The notes beneath the pieces are model-generated. The model saw only the letters and a list, made by a program, of their open reading frames with translations, searched no databases and had not been told where the DNA came from. Shown in pieces: positions 10,019 to 18,500 of a DNA stretch of 64,000 nucleotides. This DNA comes from Pseudomonadota bacterium. Lineage in GTDB: Bacteria; Myxococcota_A; Polyangia; Polyangiales; Polyangiaceae. Every line of letters starts with the position of its first letter. Positions within the stretch are counted from its first letter, which is position 1. The stretch spans positions 17,875 through 81,874 of the forward strand of contig JAEZYZ010000062.1 of NCBI GenBank assembly GCA_023418705.1. Reading direction: 5' to 3'. The position numbers and the translations under genes were made by a program.

Positions 10019-11221
10019 TCAGAGATCGAGCGGCCTTGGCGAGAGCGTCAGACCGACGAAGCCCGCCCAGATCGGCTCGAACCCTTGGTCGTCGAGGACG
10101 CCGCCGATCTCGAAGTCCTGCCAGACCACCGATAGGCCGGTGTCCACGGAGAGCTCTGGGGCAATCTGGTAGATGGCGCCGACGGAGGCGCCGTAGCTGG
10201 TGAGCGAGACCTCGCTGTTGCCGCCCAGCGAGCGTGTCCCGGAGGTCGAGCCAACCAGGGTCCAAAAGCCACGGGTGCGGCTCACCGCGGCGCTCCACAG
10301 CACCCGCTGGTCGACGCCGCCCGTCGTTCGATCGACGACGGGGGACACGCTGACGTTGAAGGTCAGGCCGAACCGATCGAGCTCGCGCGCCACCGAATAA
10401 TCCATGCCGGCGCTGCCCGCCGGAAGGAGCTGAGTGTCGCCGCCGGGGAGATCGTCGTCCTCGAACCGGGTCCACGCCAGCCCGGCACCGACCGACCCGG
10501 TCCAGGTCGTGCTGAAGCGGTGCGACCAGACCTCCTCCAGGCTCACGATGACGGCCTTCTCGTCCGGCTCGGTCACCGAGTAGCGCCCGTCGAGTCGCGT
10601 CGACAGGCCGTCGTTACGGCTGAGCGCGTAGCCGAGCCCGACGCCGCCGTAGCCCTGCCGCTGCAGCGGGTAGGCCGCGCGGGAGACGTTGTTCAGGCCG
10701 CCGCTGACCGAATACCCAACGAACTCCGACAGCCCCCAGCGGCGCGACAGCACGTGGCTGAGGCCGAGGGAAGTGTTCGAGGAGCCGATGCGCACCACCT
10801 GGTCGACCGCGCGGGTCTGGGTGACCGACGGATCGGGGGGCGGCGTGGTGGGATCGGGGCTCTCGGCGGGTGCTTCGGGGGCGGAGAGCGTCAGCGCGTC
10901 GAGCCGCAGGTTGCGGCGCCCATAGCCCGCCGACTGCATGAGCGAGAGGGTCGTCCTGCGGAAGCGGAGGTTGGCGGCCGCCGTCAGGTTGTGGAACACC
11001 ACGAGCTCGGCGTCGGGATCCTGGAACGAGAACAGCGTGATCGTCGGCGCGTAGGTGAGGGAGTACGAGGTTCGGGGCGTGGTGAGCGCCAGGGTCACCG
11101 AAGGGCTCGTCTGGGCGTCGAAGTCGAGCTCACCATCGAATTCACGCCCGCGCAGCTCCGTGCGGTCTGCGGCGCCAAGCGTCAGCGCCTGCGCCAAGAT
11201 GGGAGCGAAGAGCGGCAGCAT
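10019..11221 (-). CDS. predicted outer-membrane beta-barrel protein, partner of the adjacent short OPX protein
   Basis: 400 aa. Signal-peptide-like start (MLPLFAPILAQALTLGA), then about 380 aa of alternating beta-strand-like segments rich in G/S/T/Y/R (YSLTYAPTITLFSF, GVGLGYALSRNDGLSTRLDGRYSV, TSYGASVGAIYQIAPELSVDTGLSVVWQDF). No enzyme motifs. It starts 20 nt after the OPX stop. Confidence 0.6.
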   Translation of the reverse strand: MLPLFAPILAQALTLGAADRTELRGREFDGELDFDAQTSPSVTLALTTPRTSYSLTYAPTITLFSFQDPDAELVVFHNLTAAANLRFRRTTLSLMQSAGYGRRNLRLDALTLSAPEAPAESPDPTTPPPDPSVTQTRAVDQVVRIGSSNTSLGLSHVLSRRWGLSEFVGYSVSGGLNNVSRAAYPLQRQGYGGVGLGYALSRNDGLSTRLDGRYSVTEPDEKAVIVSLEEVWSHRFSTTWTGSVGAGLAWTRFEDDDLPGGDTQLLPAGSAGMDYSVARELDRFGLTFNVSVSPVVDRTTGGVDQRVLWSAAVSRTRGFWTLVGSTSGTRSLGGNSEVSLTSYGASVGAIYQIAPELSVDTGLSVVWQDFEIGGVLDDQGFEPIWAGFVGLTLSPRPLDL

Positions 11222-11241
11222 CGGGTGCTCCCGGCGGCCGA

Positions 11242-11841
11242 CTACTCGGCAACGACGACGTCGCCCGACTGCAGCTTGAAGCGCTGGACGTGCTGCGCTC
11301 CGCGCAGAATGTCCACGTAGTCGAAGCGAATGCGCTGTCCGTCACGCAAGACGTACACGGCCGTCTCGTCGGCGAACTCGGTCAAGCCGCCGGCCTCGGC
11401 CATGGCGTCGATCAGGCGCGCGGGGGGCGGCAGCGCGAAGCGCCCGGTCTCTCGCACTTCCCCGAGCACGGTGACCTGAACGGTCGACTCCTCGATCACG
11501 ACGATGACGTGGGGCTCCGCCACGAACGGCTTCAGCAGCTGCTCGAGCTCGCGAGCGGCGGCCGACGGGAGCTTGCCCGCGAGCTGCTGCTCGCCCAGAA
11601 GCGGGATGGCCACGAGCCCGTCGCTTCGGACCCGCGCTCGCACGGACATGGGCTCCTGACCGAAGACGCGGACGCTCACGACGTCTCCAGGGCGGATGAC
11701 CTCGGGGTGGATGGGCGCCGCCGCGGGCTGATAGCTCTCCGCGCGGACGTAGGTGCCGCTGCCGCGGCAAGCCGCCATGAAAAACGCGGCGCCCGCCACC
11801 AACAAGAGAAGGCCGTGCCGGAGTCGAAGCTGGTGACGCAT
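11242..11841 (-). CDS. short outer-membrane polysaccharide export (OPX, Wza-like) lipoprotein
   Basis: Poly_export-type segment (VIRPGDVVSVRVFGQEP...[33 protein letters not shown]) and one SLBB-like segment (VTVLGEVRETGRFALPPPARLIDAMAEAGGLTEFAD). Lipobox FFMAAC. At only ~200 aa it has no Wza-type C-terminal membrane helix. Three in-frame ATGs (11880, 11853, 11841); the last gives the best signal peptide. Confidence 0.85.
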   Translation of the reverse strand: MRHQLRLRHGLLLLVAGAAFFMAACRGSGTYVRAESYQPAAAPIHPEVIRPGDVVSVRVFGQEPMSVRARVRSDGLVAIPLLGEQQLAGKLPSAAARELEQLLKPFVAEPHVIVVIEESTVQVTVLGEVRETGRFALPPPARLIDAMAEAGGLTEFADETAVYVLRDGQRIRFDYVDILRGAQHVQRFKLQSGDVVVAE

Positions 11842-12128
11842 GCGAAATTCCATCGTGGCTGATCGGGCGGATGAAAACATGGAATCGCGGCGTGGGCAAT
11901 CGCCCGGAGGGCGCGCCGGAGCCGATCGTTCGGGCGGTCTCGAGCTCCCGAGCCGGGTCGGGGAACCGGCCCGCCCGCGCTCATCCGGAGGCGGCTCCGC
12001 GCCGCCCGAGAGCGCGCCCGAGCATCACCCGAGCATCAGGGGGATCGCTTTGCCTCGCCTTCGAGCGTGATCTAGCGTTTACTGTTTTGGGGGCACGCGT
12101 CTCCCGCCACCCTGAGCCCGACCCATCG

Positions 12129-13313
12129 ATGTTAGCTCTCGACGTCCTGCTGATGGCTGCCAGCGCGCCTCTCGTGTGCTTCGCGGCCTACCTGTGCCTG
12201 CTCGCGCTCCTGGCTCGCAGAAATCCCGAAGCGTCCGGCTCGGGAACGACCCGCTTCGCCGTCGTCGTGCCGGCACACGACGAGGAGCTCGGCATCACGC
12301 GTACCGTCGAGAGCCTCTTGGCGCTCGACTACGACGCGGACCGGTTCGAAATCGTGGTGGTGGCCGACAACTGCAGCGATCGGACGGCCGAGCTCGCCGC
12401 GGCGGCCGGCGCCCGGGTCCTCGTTCGGCAGCACGCCACCGAGCGGGGCAAGGGCTACGCGCTGAACTTCGCCTTCGAGCGGTTGATGGAGGAGCAGCGG
12501 TTCGATGCCTTCGTGGTCGTCGACGCGGACACGGGCGTCTCGCCGAACTTGCTCACCGCGGTCGCCGCTCGGCTGGAGCGAGGCGCCCACGCCGTGCAGG
12601 CGCATTACCGGGTCCAGAACCCGATGGATTCCTGGCGCACGCGCCTGATGGTGCTCGCCCTGGCGCTGTTTCACGACGTGCGGTCGCTGGCGCGGGAGCG
12701 GCTCGGGCTCTCGGTGGGGCTGCGCGGCAACGGCATGGCGTTCTCCAGAGCGCTCTTGGAGCGAGTGCCGCACACGGCGTTCTCGATCGTGGAAGATCTG
12801 GAGTACGGCATCCGCATCGGTATGGAGGGCTACCGCGTCCACTACGCCGAGGAGGCGGCCGTCTTCGGCGACATGGTGGCGGGCGAGCGGGACTCTCGAT
12901 CGCAGCGAGAGCGCTGGGAGGCCGGGCGGCGCGCCATCCGCCGGCAGCTCGCCGGACCCTTGCTGGTGCGCGCGCTGAAGACGCGCGACCCGGTGCTCTT
13001 CGACCTGGCGATGGACCTCCTGGTGCTCCCGCTGGCGGCGCTGGCGGGCTGGGTCGCGCTCGGCCTCGGCGCGGCGGGGGCGTCGGTGGCGCTGCTCGCG
13101 CGCCCGGTGTGGCTGATCGCGCCTTGGGCGGCGGCCGCGGCGGCGATGACCGTGTATGTCGGGCGCGGCATCTCGATCTCCGGCTTGGGGATGCGGGGGG
13201 TCGCGGCCTTGCTGTGGGCTCCCGTCTACCTGATCTGGAAAGTGGCCTTGCGCATCCGTAGCCTGGGTGCGTCGCAGCGCGAGTGGGTCCGGACGGCACG
13301 CGCAGGGAAGTAG
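12129..13313 (+). CDS. membrane-embedded family-2 glycosyltransferase with processive-synthase motif set
   Basis: N-terminal TM helix, then VVVPAHDEE (D), VVVDADTG (DxD), SIVEDLEYG (ED) and SQRERWEAG (QRxRW), followed by 3-4 C-terminal TM helices. ATG at 12129 chosen. The track ORF starting at 11871 adds an Arg/Pro-rich, non-protein-like leader. Confidence 0.85.
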   Translation: MLALDVLLMAASAPLVCFAAYLCLLALLARRNPEASGSGTTRFAVVVPAHDEELGITRTVESLLALDYDADRFEIVVVADNCSDRTAELAAAAGARVLVRQHATERGKGYALNFAFERLMEEQRFDAFVVVDADTGVSPNLLTAVAARLERGAHAVQAHYRVQNPMDSWRTRLMVLALALFHDVRSLARERLGLSVGLRGNGMAFSRALLERVPHTAFSIVEDLEYGIRIGMEGYRVHYAEEAAVFGDMVAGERDSRSQRERWEAGRRAIRRQLAGPLLVRALKTRDPVLFDLAMDLLVLPLAALAGWVALGLGAAGASVALLARPVWLIAPWAAAAAAMTVYVGRGISISGLGMRGVAALLWAPVYLIWKVALRIRSLGASQREWVRTARAGK

Positions 13314-13322
13314 GCGCGGGGC

Positions 13323-14858
13323 ATGGCGGCGGTCACGGCGGCGCTGGGAGCGGCACGCGCACGGAGCATCCCGCGGGACGCGTTCTTGTGGCCGTCCATC
13401 CTGATCGTGCTGCTGATCTTCGTCGGGTGTTGGATCGCCGATCAGGTCGGGTCCAACGTCCTCATCTTCGCGGTCCTCTGGGGACCTTTGCTGTATCGCT
13501 ACGTCCTGGCGGCGCCCGTGCACCTGTCGGCGCGGGTGATGTTCCTGCTCGCGCTGGTGCTGGAGCCGCCCGCGGAGCAGCCCGGCTACGGCTACTGGAC
13601 GTCGGTGCTCGCGCCGGCCAGCCAGATCTACTACGACGCCCTCAAGGCCTGGGCGGGGATCCCCGGCCTGTCGTTTTCGCTCTACACGCTGCTGTGCCTG
13701 GTGCTGTACTTCCGGGCGACGCGCGGCCGCAAGGCGCCGGGGTATGTCGCGCCGCCGCCGGAGGCGGTGAAGGCCGTCAAGCTCTGGTTGCTCGCGCTGA
13801 CGCTGCTCTTGATCTGGGGCCTGATCCGCGGCGGCAACGGCAAGGCCGCGTTTTTCCAGCTTCAGCACCTGTACACGCTGGGGTTTTGCGCGCTGGCGTT
13901 CTTGCACGCGCTGCGCGGTCCGGCAGATCTGCGAGCCCTCGGGACGATCGTGGTGGTGGCGGCCATCACCAAGGGTCTGCTGGTCGGGTGGGTGTACTAC
14001 GTCGTCTGCGCCCCGATGGGGTTGAAGCCGTTTTACGCCACGACCCACTCCGACTCGGTGACCTTCGCGATGTGCATCATCATCCTGGCCACGCGCTTGT
14101 TCGAAGAGCGCGACGGGCGGAGCCTGCGCCTGTTCCTGTGCATCGTGCCGTTCATCGTGATGGCGATCGTGATGAACAACCGGCGCCTCGCCTTCGTCGG
14201 CGTGGGCTTCGGGGTGGTGACGACCTACGCGGTGATGAAATCAGGCCGCCTCAAGCGAAAGATCGCGCGCATCGCCCTGGCGCTCGCCCCGCTGGTGGTC
14301 GTCTACGTGAAGGTGGGCGGCCACTCGACGAACCCGCTGTTTGCGCCGGCGGCGATGGTCAACTCCGCCCTCAGCGGGACCGACAGCTCGTCGATCACCC
14401 GCGACATCGAGAACTACAACCTGATCTTCACCATGAACCAGCAGGGCCGGATCTTGGGCACGGGGTTCGGTCACGAGTACATCGAAGCCGTCCGGGCCGA
14501 CGACATTTCCCAGGCCTTCGCGCTTTATCGCTACATCCCGCACAACAGCGTGCTCTGGCTGTGGAGCTTCGGCGGGCTGATCGGGTTCACGGCGCTGTGG
14601 ATGGTCTACCCGCTCTTGGCGTACTTCGGGGCGCGGGGCTACCACGGCAGCCTGGATCCGATCGAGCGCGCCGCGGGGCTGACGACGCTGGCCGGCGCCA
14701 TGACCCTGATGGCGCAAAATTGGGGGGACATGGGCTTGCAGAGCTACACGAGCCTGACGGTGTTCGGCATCTGCTACGCGGTGGCGGCCAAGTTGTGCAT
14801 GGCCGCCGACAGCCGCCGCGCCAGCGCGCCCGCCGCCACGGCGAGCGTCGCGCGTTGA
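13323..14858 (+). CDS. Wzy-like polymerase / O-antigen-ligase-family polytopic membrane protein
   Basis: 511 aa with at least 10 hydrophobic helices. Large loop followed by ILGTGFGHEY...YRYIPHNSVLWLWSFGGLIGF, resembling the Wzy_C / O-antigen ligase signature. It starts 10 nt after the GT2 stop. Confidence 0.7.
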   Translation: MAAVTAALGAARARSIPRDAFLWPSILIVLLIFVGCWIADQVGSNVLIFAVLWGPLLYRYVLAAPVHLSARVMFLLALVLEPPAEQPGYGYWTSVLAPASQIYYDALKAWAGIPGLSFSLYTLLCLVLYFRATRGRKAPGYVAPPPEAVKAVKLWLLALTLLLIWGLIRGGNGKAAFFQLQHLYTLGFCALAFLHALRGPADLRALGTIVVVAAITKGLLVGWVYYVVCAPMGLKPFYATTHSDSVTFAMCIIILATRLFEERDGRSLRLFLCIVPFIVMAIVMNNRRLAFVGVGFGVVTTYAVMKSGRLKRKIARIALALAPLVVVYVKVGGHSTNPLFAPAAMVNSALSGTDSSSITRDIENYNLIFTMNQQGRILGTGFGHEYIEAVRADDISQAFALYRYIPHNSVLWLWSFGGLIGFTALWMVYPLLAYFGARGYHGSLDPIERAAGLTTLAGAMTLMAQNWGDMGLQSYTSLTVFGICYAVAAKLCMAADSRRASAPAATASVAR

Positions 14859-14875
14859 ATGTCGCCAGGCGCCCG

Positions 14876-15046
14876 TCAGTGCAGCCGCGGGTACAAGTAC
14901 AAGAGGCCAAACAGGTAGAAGGCGCAGTACGCCGTCATCCACTTGAGCGTGAACTTGAACCCATCCTGCCGGCGTTCGAAGCGCGCTGCCCGGATCGGGA
15001 TGATCAGCGCCATGAACATGATCGAGAGCAAGAGGAGCTTCTGCAT
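14876..15046 (-). CDS. small two-helix membrane protein (56 aa), below the ORF-track cutoff
   Basis: ATG at 15046-15044 to TGA at 14878-14876. Sequence: MQKLLLLSIMFMALIIPIRAARFERRQDGFKFTLKWMTAYCAFYLFGLLYLYPRLH. Two hydrophobic helices with a basic loop. Convergent with the Wzy-like gene. Confidence 0.3.
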   Translation of the reverse strand: MQKLLLLSIMFMALIIPIRAARFERRQDGFKFTLKWMTAYCAFYLFGLLYLYPRLH

Positions 15047-15135
15047 GGCTGGCGACCGTGATCATGACGTCAGCGCGGGTCGACGGCAACGGTCTCCTTG
15101 GCGACGGCAGCGCGATGAGCGCTGCTTGATTTTCG

Positions 15136-15430
15136 TTCACAGGAAGGAACGGAAGGACGGAAGATTCTGGGAGTTCGGACCGACGACGTCGGCCCCCCCT
15201 TCCGAGCTTCCGCTCTCCTATGAAAACGAGGTCCGAAGTACGCACCACGAGCGCCCTTGAATTTTTCACAGGAAGGGCGGAAGAGCAGAAGATTTTGGGA
15301 TTGGGGATGAGGTCCGAAGCGGGCGTGGGTGCGTGGGTCGTCACAGCGATTCACGTCGCGCCGGTCGAATCGACGCCGATCGGGGACCGACGACCTCGGT
15401 CCCCCTTCCGATCTTCCGACCTTTCTGTAA
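15136..15430. repeat. cluster of purine-rich direct and inverted repeats in a 537-bp intergenic region
   Basis: - TTCACAGGAAGG..GGAAG...GAAGATTYTGGGA occurs at 15136-15172 and 15265-15300, with an inverted version at 15400-15430.
- GGACCGACGAC(G/C)TCGG(C/T)CCCCC..TTCCGA.CTTCCG occurs at 15177-15212 and 15384-15418.
- GAGGTCCGAAG occurs twice (about 15228 and 15309).
- Embedded palindrome CCGACGACGTCGG. Confidence 0.6.
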
Positions 15431-15583
15431 ACAATCTCCGAGCCAGACTGGTCGACACAGCTCGCTGTCTCGGTCGTGAAATCCGTTTTTCACCGACTCG
15501 AGGTGGGCCGAAGGCCCTGATGGTCTTCCTGTGCTGATCTCCGATCGAGACCCTCGACGCACCTCGCTGTCTCAGCGAGGCGC

Positions 15584-18500
15584 TCACGGCCGCCGGCGGC
15601 GATCGAGCATGGCCTGGCGCAGCCGCTGTCGCTCGGCGCCGCGCTCGGCGCTTTGGTCGAGCGCCCCGGTCGAGGCGGCGTCGCCTTCGGCCAGAAAGCG
15701 CGCCAGACCCCGGATCGTGGGGTACCGGAACAGGTCGACCAGCTGCAGCGGGCGGCTGACCTTCGGCTTCAACTTGCCGAGCAGCTGGACGGTGAGCAGG
15801 GAGTGGCCGCCGAGATCGAAGAAGTTGTCGTCCACGCCCACCGCGGGCAGCTTCAGCACCTCGCGCCACATCTCGGCGATGAGCAGCTCGTGCTCGCTGC
15901 TCGGCCGCTCGCGCTCCGCCAGCGGCGCCTTCTGTTGCTGCTCGGGTGCCGGCAGGGCGTTGCGATCGAGCTTCTTGTTGGGCGTCTGCGGGAACGCGGT
16001 CATCGGCACGATCGCGGCCGGCAGCATGTAGTCCGGGAGGCGCTCGGCCAGGTGTTGCTTGAGCGCGCTCGTGTCGACGCCGCCGCCGTCGGGGATGACG
16101 TAGGCCACCAGGCGCTTGTCGCCTTGCGTGTCCTCTCGGGCGAGCACGACCGCCTGACGCACCGCCGGGTGCTCGGTCAACAGGGCCTCGATCTCGCCGA
16201 GCTCGATCCGGTAGCCGCGGATCTTGACCTGGTGGTCGGCTCGACCGCGGTAGCGTAGAACGCCGCTTGGATCGACGGTCGCGACGTCTCCCGTGCGGTA
16301 GGCGCGCGCGCCCGGGCGGAAGGGGTGGGCGACGAACCGGCTCGCCGTGAGCTCGGGCCGGCCGAGGTAGCCGCGGGTCACGCCGTCGCCGGCGATCAAG
16401 AGCTCGCCGTCTTCGCCGGGGGGCAGCAGGTTGCCGCAGCGGTCGACCACGAACGCCTCTTGATTGTGCAAGGGGCGTCCAATCGGGATGTCGGTCGAGG
16501 ACTCGGTGACCTCGTGCGAGGTCGACCACACCGTCGTCTCGGTCGGACCGTAGACGTTGATGAGCCTGCCTGGGAGCGCTCGCCGCAGGTCAGCAGCCAG
16601 CGCGCCGCCGAGCGCCTCCCCGCCGACCAGCAGCGTCTGCAGCTCCCCCAAGCGCGCGCGCGTCTCGTCGTCGCCGACCAACATGCTGGCCATCGAGGGC
16701 GTGCACTGCAGGTGGGTGACGCCATGCCGCTCGATGAGCTCCGCCAGCGTGGCATCCGCTTCGTCCACGTCGCTGTTGCAGCGAGCGTGCACCTCCGCCA
16801 AAAGCGGCAGGTTCTGCAGCACCTGATCGGTGGGGACCCCGAAGTCGATCAGGCAGGCGATTTCGTCGACGTCGGATCGCCGCACGGCGTCGACGATGCC
16901 GAGCGCCGATTCCACGCTGCCGAACAGCCCGCTGGTCGCGTAATACCGCTCGAAGGCATGATCGAGCAGCGCGTCCATCTCCTCGGCGCTGAGGTTGTCG
17001 GTGGTGAAGGAGCCGCCGTCGAGCCGGTGTTTGAAGGCCGGGAACGACCAGGCGGCTTCTTTGATCAAGCCGACGGAGGTCCGCAGGTACTGCTTCATGG
17101 GCTCGCGGACCGCGCGCTTCACCGCCTCGTCGCTCTCCCCCACGAAGGTGTGGAGCATGAGCGACACGGTGCCGCGCCCGGGGTGACCCGCTTCGGTCCA
17201 GGCCTTGCGATAGATCCGAACCTTCTCGGTCAAATCGGCGAACGACTGACCGAGCAAGTGGGTCAACAGGTTGGCGCCGATGCGCCCCGCTCGCTCGAAC
17301 GTCTCGGGGCTGCCTGCCGCGGTCACCCAGACGGGCAGCTCCTTCTGCACCGGGCGGGGCAGCGTGCCGATGACCACCTCGCGCCCCTCTCCATTTCGGA
17401 AGGGCAACCGCTCTCCGCGCCAGAGGCGGCGCACCGTCTCGATCGCCTCGAACATGCCGTCTTTGCGGTCGGCAAACCCCTCCGGGCGGATGCAGAAATC
17501 ATTCGGCTGCCAGCCCGAGGCGAACGAAATCCCGACGCGGCCGTTCGACAGGTTGTCCACCAGCGCCCAGTCCTCCGCGATGCGGATCGGCGAGTGCAGC
17601 GGCGAGACACAGCTGCCGGCCCGCAGCGCCACGCGCTTGGTGATCATCGCCAGCGCCGCGTTCGTCACGGCGGGGTTCGGATAGAGGCCGCCGAAGGCGT
17701 GGAAGTGCCGCTCTGGCGTCCACACGGCGACAAACCCGTTTTCGTCGGCGAAGCGCGCCCCTTCGGTCAACAGCCGATAGCGATCGCCGCCTTGGGCGTT
17801 CTCGTCGGCGGAGAAGTAGAACGCCGAGAAGTCGACGCGGCGCGCGTTCTTGGCCCCCGCGGACACCGTGCCCGAGGAGACGACCACGTGAAAGCCGTGG
17901 GTCAACGTCCAGAGCAGCTCGAGCACCGAGATGTCGAAGGACAGGCTCGTGACCGCCAGCCAGGTCCCCGGCTTCTCGGGCCGGAGCACCTCATCCATGC
18001 CGCGGAAGAAGTTGACCACGTTGCGGTGCTCCACCATTACGCCCTTGGGGCGCCCCGTGGAGCCCGACGTGTAGATGACGTAGGCCAGGTGATGGCCTTC
18101 GACGCCGCTCTGGGGCGGGCTCGCTGCACCGTCGTCGACGCTCCCGTCGTCCACGACGATCTTGTCCAGGCGACCCAGACCGCTCCGGCCTTGGTGCGCT
18201 CGGTCGGTCAGCAAGAGCGTGAGCGCTGCGTCTTCGATCACCAGCCGGAGGCGCTCCTCGGGGTAGCGCGGATCCAGCGGGACGTACGCGCCGCCTGCCT
18301 TGTGGATGGCCAGGAGGCTCACCAGCAGGTGCACGCTCCGATCCATGAAGACGCCGACCAGCGTGTCGGGCCCGACCCCGCGCTGCTGCAGCCGATGCGC
18401 CAAGGCGTTGGCGCGGGCGTCGAGCTCGGCGTAGGTCAGGGTCACGCCGCGGGCGGTCACCGCCGGTCGATCCGGCGTCCGCGCGGCTTGCGCGGCGATC

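Noticed and set aside
12132-14048. 638-aa minus-strand ORF covering the GT2 and Wzy-like genes
   Set aside because: It is extremely Arg/Pro/Gln/His-rich and has no hydrophobic core. The plus-strand frames carry the D/DxD/ED/QRxRW motifs and the TM helices.
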